From a virus (lineage: Duplodnaviria; Caudoviricetes), in IMG/VR virus record IMGVR_UViG_3300027706_000085, positions 1-42,930 of that record: DNA of 42,930 nt. The stretch is one strand, 5' to 3'. The notes below the pieces were generated by a model that did not search any database, was not told the DNA's origin, and saw only the letters and a list, made by a program, of their open reading frames with translations. Numbering within the stretch: position 1 is the first letter of the stretch; every line of letters starts with the position of its first letter. This document shows positions 24,562 to 33,743 of the stretch, in pieces. The position numbers and the translations under genes are program-made.

Positions 24562-24607
24562 TGTGTTTCCTTTCCGCGCCGAGATAGCGCGTTTCGATTT
24601 GACTCAT

Positions 24608-25558
24608 TTACCGCCAGAAATTCCCGTAGCCCCAGCCATAAGCCCCTCTGCGCACGGCATTGTTCGGTCTTCGGCGCGAAGGGGCATACTGTCTCGCTTG
24701 CGCCTGCATGTTCAGGAACTCCTGCATGTCCTGGTTGTAGAGGCTTGCGAACATGCTGCCTGAACCTGGCGCGCGCGATTCGGCTGCGAGAAAGGCTGTC
24801 CAGTCGGCTACCACGTCAAGGCAGCCGCGAATAAGAAGCTGACTGGTAATATCGGAGATTGCCGCCTGCCCGCGGTAATATCGCAGGCTGATGTCCGTTT
24901 CGCTCAATGCTCCGATGAAGTTGATTTGTTCGTCGTACCACGCATAACAGCCATTAAGCGAAGTCTGCGCAGTTGAAGGCAGTACGTCCACGCGGGTCAT
25001 TGGCGGCCCAAAATAGAGGTTGCCAGTGATGCGTTCGCGGATAATTTCTGGCGCAAGAAAATCGGTCGGCAATGCGGGACTGCTCGAATCTGAAAGCACG
25101 GTGGTCCCAGCGGGCAGCGTAATCACAACTTCCGTTGTCTCGGTTGGGCTGGTATTGCCCATGAGTTTCATCTGTACCTTGCGGTAGGCCTTCGCAACAA
25201 AGGGAATCAGCACCGCATCGGTGAATACGTCGCCCTGGATCAGCAGGGAAACCGTTCCATTGCCCGAACTGGCGTTAGCTGCGCTCTGGTTGTAGGTGAA
25301 TGTCGTGGACGTGGGGACGCTCACGATGATTTGCGTCCCGTTGAAACTGGAATCCGAGACGCTCGCAACCTGCACGATGTTGCCGATCTGGAGGCTGTGC
25401 GCCGCGGCGGTCGTTATGGTCACTATGTTTCCACTACGCACGGCTCCGCTTGCGGTGATCGCGGAAACGGAGGGAATATCCGCGTCGTTCAGGAGCGAAC
25501 GCACGGTCTGCGTTACATCGCCAACGGTAGGAAATGGCAGCGTGCCGATTACAGGCAT
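24608..25558 (-). CDS. Head-tail adaptor-like protein with inserted beta domain
   Basis: TVGDVTQTVRSLLND N-terminus, ALPTDFL motif; insert VTITTAAAHSLQIGNIVQV...FNGT...TTFTY. Confidence 0.65.
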   Translation of the reverse strand: MPVIGTLPFPTVGDVTQTVRSLLNDADIPSVSAITASGAVRSGNIVTITTAAAHSLQIGNIVQVASVSDSSFNGTQIIVSVPTSTTFTYNQSAANASSGNGTVSLLIQGDVFTDAVLIPFVAKAYRKVQMKLMGNTSPTETTEVVITLPAGTTVLSDSSSPALPTDFLAPEIIRERITGNLYFGPPMTRVDVLPSTAQTSLNGCYAWYDEQINFIGALSETDISLRYYRGQAAISDITSQLLIRGCLDVVADWTAFLAAESRAPGSGSMFASLYNQDMQEFLNMQAQARQYAPSRRRPNNAVRRGAYGWGYGNFWR

Positions 25559-26187
25559 TAGATGGTCCTAGCGGCCTCTTCTTCTCGCGCTTTCTTCGGA
25601 GCCTTCCACAGTCCTTCGGCGATGGCGCGTTCTTTGTCGAGCGGATAGCCGCAGGCGCACATGATGGGCGGCAAGCCGCTGTCGAGAACTTCCGTGCGCT
25701 GCCCGCAAGCCTGACATTGCACAGTGCGATTCGGAGCGCTGGCGGCCCATTCCCGCTTGATGCCCAACTCGCGCACGGCGCGTTTACAGACGTCAGGAAT
25801 CTGGTCCACGCGCTTGGTAGAGAGAAATTCTTTATCGCCTTCGCCAATGAGCAACTCAAGCCATGCCCGGCGCATCTCGCGGGCCTTTTCGATGTCCTCG
25901 GCGGTAGGCTCTTCGCCCGCGGGCTTCACGAAGCAGCCTTTTTGCGCCAGTTTCTCTGTTCGGAAGAAATCATCCACGATCTGTTGCGCGGAAACAGGAA
26001 CAGGGATCTTTTCCGCCTCTTTCCAATCGTATGTCGTGAAGAGCAGCCGGTAATCCGTCATATCGTGAACTTCGAGCTTTCCAAGAACGCCGTCCTTGGC
26101 TGCGGGAAGTATCATTCCCGGCGTGTAGGTCCTGCGAAACAGGAACTCTTCCGGGCAAAGCGAATAAATCGTCAAGCTAGTGGCCAT
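25558..26187 (-). CDS. Hypothetical protein with C-terminal zinc ribbon
   Basis: CQACG...CACG; downstream of the capsid gene. Confidence 0.7.
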   Translation of the reverse strand: MATSLTIYSLCPEEFLFRRTYTPGMILPAAKDGVLGKLEVHDMTDYRLLFTTYDWKEAEKIPVPVSAQQIVDDFFRTEKLAQKGCFVKPAGEEPTAEDIEKAREMRRAWLELLIGEGDKEFLSTKRVDQIPDVCKRAVRELGIKREWAASAPNRTVQCQACGQRTEVLDSGLPPIMCACGYPLDKERAIAEGLWKAPKKAREEEAARTI

Positions 26188-26824
26188 ACTCAAGTACCTC
26201 TTTCATGTCTGGAACGATGATGTTGGGCTTTGTGGCGAACTCTGCTCGCCCCAAATCCTCAATTCTTTCAATCAGCCGCTCTTCCTTGGCTTTTTCCTCG
26301 CGCTCGTGCCTTTCGGAGATTGCGGTGCGCTTGATCTGCTCCGGCAATTCCCTGTTCAGCTTCGCTACCTGCACAAGCGCCTCGCAAAGCGTGTCGGTAA
26401 GCGGTGCGAACTCCCGCTTCGTCACGTTGCCCTTCTTGTCCATGTGGACTCTTTCAATGACTAGTAGGCAGTCGTAATCGCCGTTAGCCGGGAATGGTCC
26501 CATCGTCTCGACGCGATGGCCGTCAATCCATTCCGTGAACATCTCTTCCCAGGATTCGGGAGTGCCGAAGTACTCCGGTGGCCGCCACATCTCCAGAACG
26601 TAGCGGTTGAGCGCATTGGGGTACTTCGGCCTCTTTTCCGTTCCGATCTCTTCGCCTGTTTGGTTGCCGTGCTCGTCGAACTTCTTAATCCTGCCGCCTA
26701 TCCAGATAAATTCATCCGAGCCGCGCACAACGCGGAACAGGGGCTTGGTTCCATCGGGAGTCAAGCCCCCAAGTTCCGTGATGCGTTTCCTCAGCCTGTC
26801 TGGAACAGGCGGCAGCCTAAGCAT
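26177..26824 (-). CDS. Hypothetical virion-assembly protein
   Basis: Coupled to the capsid stop (TAATG). Confidence 0.7.
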   Translation of the reverse strand: MLRLPPVPDRLRKRITELGGLTPDGTKPLFRVVRGSDEFIWIGGRIKKFDEHGNQTGEEIGTEKRPKYPNALNRYVLEMWRPPEYFGTPESWEEMFTEWIDGHRVETMGPFPANGDYDCLLVIERVHMDKKGNVTKREFAPLTDTLCEALVQVAKLNRELPEQIKRTAISERHEREEKAKEERLIERIEDLGRAEFATKPNIIVPDMKEVLEYGH

Positions 26825-28113
26825 TAGTAGATCGAGCTGGTTCCGGCGAATGCGGGCAGCGCAAGCGACTTGATGTAGCTGCCGGCAATGGGGTTGCGGT
26901 TGTAGAGCTGAAGTCCGGCGTTAAGCCAGAATTGCTCCGTGGCTTTCAGCGCGCCCGTGGACGTATCCACCAGCGGCCAGAGAATCTGGTCGCCGAACTT
27001 CACAAACCCTGTGTCGGTGCCGACGATGCGGCCCCAGAATCCAAGAGCAAGGAAGTCAATGCGGGTGCGGTCCTGGTGGATGGACTGGCGCACAGGAACA
27101 TTGCTCATTTTCAGACCGTCCTGGTTGAACATGAGGTCAACGTCCTGATTGCCTGTCGGTTGCTTGAAGATTTGCACCAGCAGCGATGCGAGGGACTCGT
27201 ACGCATCTCCCTGTGACGGATGGCAGTACGCAACCAGCTTGGTAGCAACGTCCTTGAACTTCTCGTCGCCGATGTTGATGCGAATCTCGTTCAGCGCGGC
27301 GCGAATCATGCCCGTGGTTAAAGCGGAGCTGTTCGCATTCACCGAAGGAGTCACAATCTGCGACGGGAAGTTGGCGCGGTTCAGTCCCAGCCAGGTTCCG
27401 GTCGTGGCATCCGATTGGTGGTACTGGATGCCGAAGAGCGAAGACTGGGTGGTGAGCGCTCCGCTCAGGCCGCCGATGACGAGAACGTCTGTGGCAACTG
27501 TGCCGCCAGGAGCCGCGTCAACGGTGACTTTGTGGGCCGAACGGTCAATGGCCGTGACGGTCGCAGAGCCGCGGGCAGTGGTCAAACCTGCGTTGTATAC
27601 CTGCACGTTCTGGCCAATCTGGACAAGCTCCTCTTTGAAGCCGTCCGTAGTCATCGTGAAGGTGTTCGTAGCCACGCTGGTGATGGTGCCAATCACGCCG
27701 TTGCCGGACGTGTTCATCACCTGGTCCAGGTACGCTTTGAACTGATTGATGGCCAGCCGCATCACTTCGCCCGTGGTGCTCTTCACTCCGCGCGCAGCGC
27801 CCGTGGTTGCATACTTCGCAAGCAGCGTATAGCTGTAGCCGGACGTGAAGTAGATGGGCGTCAGCGTGGCAACTTGCCACACCGGGCCGCCTGTGGAACC
27901 AAGCGACCCGCCATCCATTGAAGTCTGCTGGAACGTGCCACCAACCTGCGTCAACAGCGGAATACGCGTTGCGCGGTTCGAGGCCGGGTCCGCTTCCTGC
28001 TTATCAATCATGCCGTACAGCGGAGTATCCAGTTCGAGCAGTTCCGGGATGCCCTTTTCATAGATGATCAGCTCTCTCTCAAGAGGCTGAACATTTGCCT
28101 CAACAGAAGCCAT
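26824..28113 (-). CDS. Major capsid protein
   Basis: 429 aa, AGGAG RBS, position after the scaffold; HK97-like motifs (LDQVMNTSGNG, SLFGIQY, WLGLNRAN, LYNRNP). Confidence 0.8.
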   Translation of the reverse strand: MASVEANVQPLERELIIYEKGIPELLELDTPLYGMIDKQEADPASNRATRIPLLTQVGGTFQQTSMDGGSLGSTGGPVWQVATLTPIYFTSGYSYTLLAKYATTGAARGVKSTTGEVMRLAINQFKAYLDQVMNTSGNGVIGTITSVATNTFTMTTDGFKEELVQIGQNVQVYNAGLTTARGSATVTAIDRSAHKVTVDAAPGGTVATDVLVIGGLSGALTTQSSLFGIQYHQSDATTGTWLGLNRANFPSQIVTPSVNANSSALTTGMIRAALNEIRINIGDEKFKDVATKLVAYCHPSQGDAYESLASLLVQIFKQPTGNQDVDLMFNQDGLKMSNVPVRQSIHQDRTRIDFLALGFWGRIVGTDTGFVKFGDQILWPLVDTSTGALKATEQFWLNAGLQLYNRNPIAGSYIKSLALPAFAGTSSIY

Positions 28114-28143
28114 TTATTTCTCCTCTGGGCATCCCGCAGTCCC

Positions 28144-29361
28144 CTACCTCGCGTAAGTTCCAGACTCAAGCTCGCGGTAAACGTCTTCCGCAGTGCGCCT
28201 GCCCGAAGGCTTTCCGGTCGCATTGACGGAACCCGTGGCTTGAGGGCCTTTCCCCACGTCTTTGGAGTTCGCTGCGATGCCCTGTTTTCGTTCGATTTCC
28301 TGTTTATTGACTTGCACGATGCGCTTGCTCCACTTCGTGATAATCGGAGCAATGGCTTTAGGAATAGTCAATTTCGCTCTGCCGCTCGCATAGGAGACGA
28401 CTGAGCGGAAATCCGAGTCGCCGCGCCTGCCCTTTTCGGCCTGCGTGCGATAGGACTCAATCTGCGCCACAGTCTGGGGCTGCGCCCTCAGCATGGCCAT
28501 CGTTGAGCCAAATCCTTCCTTCACCATGTCTGCCAAATCATCGGAAGTGGCGCTTGGAAATTTCGACTTAAACTGTTTCTCAAGCTCTGCCGCCAGATTC
28601 CCGGAGATGTACTCATCCACGGAGTTCCAGTAGCTCTGGAACTGCGCTTCCGCATCCGCTTTTTCCCGCTCTGCAAGCTGCTGCCTGAGTTTTTCCGCTT
28701 CGGAGTTGGGCCGCTGCTGATTCATTCGCGGCATTCCGAGAGGCATTCCCAGGGCTTGCGCCACAAGCGCAACGGCGTTGGTTACGTCCTGGTTTTGCTG
28801 TTGCTGTGCGAGGCTGTACAGATTGCTGAGAACGGAATCGGTGTACTGTGTGGCTTGCTCGGTCCACAGTTGCTGGTCGTTTTCCGCCAGATATTGCGGG
28901 AGCGCCTTGACGAACTGCCCATACGCCAGTGCATCGGAATCCTTGAGGGATTCAGCAAAGATCGCAGGGTCTTCGCGGAAAGTAGAGCCCATCGTGCGAT
29001 GCTCTTCCGCTTGCTCGAAAAGCTGCTCGGCATCGGCCAAAGTCGGAACGCGTTCCACGATCTGGCGAACCTCTCCGTAATCGCCAAGCTCGGAAAACGC
29101 CTTCTCCCGGCCAATGATGTTCCGCAGTTCCGGGTAGTCCTTGAACAAGGCCTTGTACTTGGAGAAATCGCCCGAAGTTTCGGGCTGCGTCTCCAAATCA
29201 GGTTCTTGCTCTTCTGTCTCTTGAGCCGGTTGTCCCTCAACCGTTTCCGGTTTCGGCTCCTCCGCAGGAGTTGGCTGCTCTTGAGGCTTCTGTTCTTCGC
29301 CAGTTGGTGATGCTGGCTTTACTTCTTCGGCCACACTTGCCGCTGCTACTGCTTCAGGCAT
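28144..29361 (-). CDS. Capsid scaffolding protein
   Basis: ATG 29361; acidic E/P/Q-rich N-terminus, helical body, between portal and capsid. Confidence 0.75.
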   Translation of the reverse strand: MPEAVAAASVAEEVKPASPTGEEQKPQEQPTPAEEPKPETVEGQPAQETEEQEPDLETQPETSGDFSKYKALFKDYPELRNIIGREKAFSELGDYGEVRQIVERVPTLADAEQLFEQAEEHRTMGSTFREDPAIFAESLKDSDALAYGQFVKALPQYLAENDQQLWTEQATQYTDSVLSNLYSLAQQQQNQDVTNAVALVAQALGMPLGMPRMNQQRPNSEAEKLRQQLAEREKADAEAQFQSYWNSVDEYISGNLAAELEKQFKSKFPSATSDDLADMVKEGFGSTMAMLRAQPQTVAQIESYRTQAEKGRRGDSDFRSVVSYASGRAKLTIPKAIAPIITKWSKRIVQVNKQEIERKQGIAANSKDVGKGPQATGSVNATGKPSGRRTAEDVYRELESGTYAR

Positions 29362-31747
29362 TCGAGTTATCCTCCGGCCCTTGCGCTGGTTGAGGTTGCG
29401 AACCTTGCGGGCCTTCTTGCTTCTGGGGCGGCGGAGCCGCAATGCTCTCCGCTGCCGCCAAATCCGCTCCGGGGCCTTGCCCCATCAATCCCTGTGTGGC
29501 TATGGCCTGCTTGAATGCTTGCGCCTTGGCAAGCTGCGAGGCGGCCTTGGAATACGCCAGGACGTTGGCGTAACCCTGAGGATTCGTTTGCCGCGCGTCG
29601 AGTCCCGCATCGGAAATGAGCCATTTCTTCGCGGTATCTCCGGCAATCTGCAAGTTGTCAACGTCGGGGTCAGGCGCAATCGAAGGAAGCTGAATCGGTT
29701 GGCCGTCCTGCCCAACTCCCCCGTCCCGCGGCGCTTCCTGCAAAAGCTGCTGAATGTCCTTGTATGTCTTTTTGCGCTGGTCCTCGCCGGGAACCTCGAT
29801 ACCCCTTGTGCCCATGTAGCGGAAGATGGTTTCCATGTTCTGCGGGTCTTGCGCCACGCCAAGGAACAATGGATTCGGCGCATTCCAGAGTTGCAGGAGC
29901 AACGACCGCACATCGGATTCAAGCACCGGATACTGGGCGTCCACTTCGGGATAAGCGGTGACATTGCCCTGCAGGTCGGTGAGGAGAATCGTATCGGTTT
30001 CGTAATCGCCCGTTGCACCCAGCTTCGGAATCGTCAAATCTTCGGTGCGATTCTTTGCGAGGCACTTCAACGCCTTTGCGTCGGTGTTGCAGAAGAATAC
30101 TTGCAACCGTCTCCACGCTCTGCCGATTCGTCCCAGCGCTTGATTCCTCTGAATCGCAATACCCGACGCAGTGTCGTTTGTTCCTGTGTCGCCGCCAAAG
30201 AGAGCTGGAAACGCGCCAGAAAGAAACTGCGGGATTTGCCCAAGCAGCATTTCGATGTACTTCATCATCCCGACGCTTGGCTCGACGGCTGGAGTAAACA
30301 TCATTTTGGAACCAACGGTTTCGCCGGGTTGCAGTTTGACCGGCGTGATGTTCCCTGCTTGCGCTCCTTGCGCCTCTCGCGCCTCGAAATTCAGAAGTTC
30401 TGTATCGGCGAATCCTTCCGGCACGCCGTACATGCAAATCTCGAATAGCAGGTTGATGGCATCGTTCAACTGCTCCTGAATCGGGATCACCGCGCTCATC
30501 AGCGTTTCGCGCAGTTGCCCTTCGCCGGGAAGCGAGTGCATGGTTTCCCATTTCTCATCCATGCTTTCGTTCTTCGCTTCGCAAAACACATCGTTGTAGA
30601 AAACGACATGCGCCCCATCGGGAAAGAGGTCCAGGAGCTGGCAACGGCGGCAAGGAATCGGCTCGCCGTCCACATGGCCGGAAATTTTGTAGAACGCTGC
30701 GGGCCGAATCCACGCCCTGCGAAACGTTCCCATATCGGTAAGCAGCATTCCCGTATGGCGTCCAGAACCGAGGTAGAGAATGCGGCGCGCTATGCGCTCG
30801 TAACTGTTGGCGGTGCCGCCGTCAGTGTCTGCTCCGGCTGAAGCATCAATCTTGGCAGCTACCTGCGGATAGACCTGCATCGCCTTGGCTTTGTGCAGGT
30901 CGGTAATCCATGTGAGATAGAGAAATTCCGGCTGCGAATCGGCGTACATGGATCGCTTGAGCTGTAAGGCCGGAATCACGCTCACGACTTCCTGGCCTCG
31001 CGGAATCGCTACTTGCCCAACCCTCTGCGGCACAGTGACCGTTTGCGGAGGCATATCCTGCATTGCTGCGCCGCACTCCGGGCAAGTTGGCTGCTCCTCG
31101 GTGGTGCCTGGCGCTTCATAGCCGCACTGCGGACATTGCACTTGCGGCTCTCCCAGCGGAACCTCTTGCTCCGCGAATACATCCTTGTAATCACTGCCAA
31201 ACCTTTCCGCATCTGCCACGTAGCGCGAATACGAGCCAAGGAAACCGTCCGTACACATGTAGTACGTCGCTTCGTCCACAAGGTTTTGCCAGTCATTCTG
31301 TTTGTGGATTAGGTCCACTACTTTCGAGGCTTGCTTCGCGGTCGCAATGTCTGTCGGATCGGAAGGATTGTCCGGCCAGAATCGTGCGGCAACGTTGCTT
31401 TGGCTGAGCACAGAGCACAGACTCAGCGCATAAGCCTGGAAGATGTTTGTCACATGCTGGAAGGCCGGTACGTCGAAGTTCTCATTCAGTCCAAGCGGAG
31501 CCTGATTCGGGGGCAGAAACATTCCGATATCGTCGTTCCAGAACCAATACTGCTCGCCACGGAAGAACAGCCTGCGCTTGAGGATTTCCCGCACTTCAAA
31601 GCGCCGAGGAATCTCATCCTGCCGCTCAAGGTCCATCAGCAACTGCCAAAGAGCGTTCTGCAGCTCATCGGACAGACCTTGAGCTTGCGGCTGCTGAGCG
31701 GCCCCTGTAAGCGTGGGATTCAGTTGTAAGGCAGGAGAAGTGCTCAA
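29354..31747 (-). CDS. Portal protein (P22-like) with zinc-ribbon insertion
   Basis: 797 aa after terminase; LFFRGEQY, TNIFQAY, DIATAKQA, IPIQEQLND, TASGIAIQRNQA; insert CPQC...CPEC. Confidence 0.8.
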   Translation of the reverse strand: MSTSPALQLNPTLTGAAQQPQAQGLSDELQNALWQLLMDLERQDEIPRRFEVREILKRRLFFRGEQYWFWNDDIGMFLPPNQAPLGLNENFDVPAFQHVTNIFQAYALSLCSVLSQSNVAARFWPDNPSDPTDIATAKQASKVVDLIHKQNDWQNLVDEATYYMCTDGFLGSYSRYVADAERFGSDYKDVFAEQEVPLGEPQVQCPQCGYEAPGTTEEQPTCPECGAAMQDMPPQTVTVPQRVGQVAIPRGQEVVSVIPALQLKRSMYADSQPEFLYLTWITDLHKAKAMQVYPQVAAKIDASAGADTDGGTANSYERIARRILYLGSGRHTGMLLTDMGTFRRAWIRPAAFYKISGHVDGEPIPCRRCQLLDLFPDGAHVVFYNDVFCEAKNESMDEKWETMHSLPGEGQLRETLMSAVIPIQEQLNDAINLLFEICMYGVPEGFADTELLNFEAREAQGAQAGNITPVKLQPGETVGSKMMFTPAVEPSVGMMKYIEMLLGQIPQFLSGAFPALFGGDTGTNDTASGIAIQRNQALGRIGRAWRRLQVFFCNTDAKALKCLAKNRTEDLTIPKLGATGDYETDTILLTDLQGNVTAYPEVDAQYPVLESDVRSLLLQLWNAPNPLFLGVAQDPQNMETIFRYMGTRGIEVPGEDQRKKTYKDIQQLLQEAPRDGGVGQDGQPIQLPSIAPDPDVDNLQIAGDTAKKWLISDAGLDARQTNPQGYANVLAYSKAASQLAKAQAFKQAIATQGLMGQGPGADLAAAESIAAPPPQKQEGPQGSQPQPAQGPEDNSNA

Positions 31748-31748
31748 C

Positions 31749-32117
31749 TTAGTTGCAGGATGCGTTCACCGTGACGCTGCTCGCGCTTCCGAGCGTTACC
31801 GTTGTCGCGTTGATGCGGAAATTCGGCCCAGCGGGAACATTCGTTACTTTCTGAGGAGCGGGCGTGCTGGCCGCAACAAGCGCCAAACCTGTGGAGAACT
31901 TCTGCCAAGTTGCCTGCCCATCAGTGCTTATCTCCAGGTCCACTGTAATCGCTGTGGGCACAGCGCCAACGCCTACAGCGGAAAATACCATCGTGCGGTC
32001 ATCGCCGTCAGGAGTTGGCTGCACGGCAAAGATAGTCGCCGAAGCTCCCGTCGCGGTAATCCCGCTCGCTACAGGCCCATTGCTTCCAGAGGACAGCGAA
32101 TAAGGTGTCGTTGGCAT
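31749..32117 (-). CDS. Small beta-rich virion-like protein
   Basis: VDLEISTDGQATW...FRIN motif; GAGG RBS. Confidence 0.7.
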   Translation of the reverse strand: MPTTPYSLSSGSNGPVASGITATGASATIFAVQPTPDGDDRTMVFSAVGVGAVPTAITVDLEISTDGQATWQKFSTGLALVAASTPAPQKVTNVPAGPNFRINATTVTLGSASSVTVNASCN

Positions 32118-32125
32118 GGATTACC

Positions 32126-32314
32126 TCAGATTTTGAATTTCCGCTTGTGGGCCGCGAGCTTGTTCTGATACGCAGCGATAGCAGCGCCTTTGCCCTTCGC
32201 CGCTTCTATCCGCTTGAAATTCCCCGTGGTTTTAGTTCTTCCAAGAGCGTGGACGGCAGCGCGTCCATGCGCTCCCTTCGGTTTGTGCCCTTCACTTGGC
32301 GGAACGAGTTTCAT
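32126..32314 (-). CDS. Small basic protein
   Basis: K/R/H-rich; ATGA coupling. Confidence 0.65.
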   Translation of the reverse strand: MKLVPPSEGHKPKGAHGRAAVHALGRTKTTGNFKRIEAAKGKGAAIAAYQNKLAAHKRKFKI

Positions 32315-32640
32315 GTTTTTATCCTAGGCCGCCCACCTTGACGGCCATGATGAGCCCCATGTTCTTGCTTAGAAATCGCTTCTAAATGGTCGGGCGACAC
32401 ACACAACCTGTTTCGGCACTTATGATGAACATCATGGTTGGGTGCGATAGGGCCAATGAACATTAAATAGGCAGCCCTGTGGGCTGTTTGCTCTTTCCCA
32501 TTAAAATGAAAGATTCCGTATCCCGCGGACATCGGCTTGCCAGTCCATATCCAACAACCACTTTCAATTACTTCCACGCGTTTTATGAAACGCAACGGGG
32601 CGCGGTAAGATTCCCGCGCATTTGGTATTCCGCGAGGCAC
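32311..32640 (-). CDS. HNH homing endonuclease (HNH_3 type)
   Basis: CWIWTG...GYG...AHRAAY...DVHHKCRNRLCVSPDHLEAI. Confidence 0.9.
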   Translation of the reverse strand: MPRGIPNARESYRAPLRFIKRVEVIESGCWIWTGKPMSAGYGIFHFNGKEQTAHRAAYLMFIGPIAPNHDVHHKCRNRLCVSPDHLEAISKQEHGAHHGRQGGRPRIKT

Positions 32641-32817
32641 CTACAGCTTGAATCCTTTCTTCTTCCTCGCTGGCAAACCCTTGCGCGGCGTTGCTGCGAA
32701 GTCATGAAGCTGGGAATGGCTCATCTTGAGCAAGCCACGATTGCGGGCGTAGAGTTGCGATGGGTTGTGTTCTGCAATACTCATGGCGATAGCCTGTGCC
32801 TTACTTTTTGCAGGCAT
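32641..32817 (-). CDS. DUF3008-like small basic protein
   Basis: MPAKSKAQ...MSHSQLHDFAATPRKGLP; ATG at 32817 with GGAG RBS. Confidence 0.8.
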   Translation of the reverse strand: MPAKSKAQAIAMSIAEHNPSQLYARNRGLLKMSHSQLHDFAATPRKGLPARKKKGFKL

Positions 32818-33292
32818 TGGATTTCTCCAAGTATGAGAGGATTTCCGCTTTGCGACGAAAAATACCGCCCCTATTGCGGCACTGTTCTTGCATTGTGGCC
32901 CATCTGCAATTATCCATGCTGTAACCTGAAGAGTTGTCAATGCGCTCAATTGTGTGGCGAGCGGTTGGCTTGTTTCCCATATCGGTTAGAAAATTTTGGA
33001 AACGATGCCACCTTTCGCATACAGTTACACCTTTAGCGCCGTACCATTTGAAATTTGTAGCCTTGCTTGCCCGGCATCTTCGCATCATGGCGCGCCAACT
33101 TTGATATTCGGGAGAATTAGACATGCCATGCCCGAACGTTGGATGCGGCCCCAGTTTTGTCGAAATACTGGATGCATGAACGCCAAAGGTTTTTGCCAAC
33201 ACTCTGTCGGGAACTAGTCCCCTTAGAGACGAAACAAGCGACCACGTAAATGCCCTAGTGGCTGCTTGTCGCCTCGTCGCTTCGCTAACCAT
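32801..33292 (-). CDS. HNH-type homing endonuclease
   Basis: HGMSNSPEYQSWRAMMRRC, YGAKGVTVCERW, HTIERIDNSSGYSMDNCRWAT. Confidence 0.82.
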   Translation of the reverse strand: MVSEATRRQAATRAFTWSLVSSLRGLVPDRVLAKTFGVHASSISTKLGPHPTFGHGMSNSPEYQSWRAMMRRCRASKATNFKWYGAKGVTVCERWHRFQNFLTDMGNKPTARHTIERIDNSSGYSMDNCRWATMQEQCRNRGGIFRRKAEILSYLEKSNACKK

Positions 33293-33429
33293 TTAGTGCA
33301 CCAATCCTTGGGCTGAATTATTCCTGAAACGATCTCGCAGGAATGCGGAGCCTTGAAGTGCTTGCACTCCGCACAGTGATTCGGGCCTTGCGCCGGATGC
33401 TCGTAGCCAACTTCCCGCTTCGAGAGCAC
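33223..33429 (-). CDS. HiPIP-like (high-potential [4Fe-4S]) protein
   Basis: VGYEHPAQGPNHCAECKHF...SCEIVSGIIQPKDWCTKW matches the HiPIP Y...CxxCxxF...C..V.G.I.P..WC..W pattern. Confidence 0.75.
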   Translation of the reverse strand: MLSKREVGYEHPAQGPNHCAECKHFKAPHSCEIVSGIIQPKDWCTKWLAKRRGDKQPLGHLRGRLFRL

Positions 33430-33430
33430 A

Positions 33431-33511
33431 TCAGCCCTTGAGCAAACGCTCCAGCTTCTGAATGGTTTTCTTAGTCACTGCTTTGGGTGGACGACCTGGC
33501 TTTTTAGGCAT
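33431..33511 (-). CDS. 26-aa AT-hook-like peptide
   Basis: MPKKPGRPPKAVTKKTIQKLERLLKG; fills the gap between neighbours; GGAG RBS. Confidence 0.5.
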   Translation of the reverse strand: MPKKPGRPPKAVTKKTIQKLERLLKG

Positions 33512-33743
33512 CTGGTTTCTTCTCCACTGGAATCGTCATGCGCTCAGCCTGGGCGCGGAACTGGCTGGGCAATAGCCGCTTCTTGAGCTTGGGCAGCTCC
33601 TCCCGCTCACGCAGATGCACGGCGGGCAGCCGCTCTTTTTGCAGCAGGGCATCCTGCCACATGCTCAGTTCTTCGCGCAGCCGCTTCACTTCTTCCTCAA
33701 GACTCCGCGTATACGCCGATTTGAACCACTCGCGCCAGTTCAT
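33504..33743 (-). CDS. Hypothetical coiled-coil protein
   Basis: ATGA-coupled to the terminase stop. Confidence 0.65.
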   Translation of the reverse strand: MNWREWFKSAYTRSLEEEVKRLREELSMWQDALLQKERLPAVHLREREELPKLKKRLLPSQFRAQAERMTIPVEKKPDA

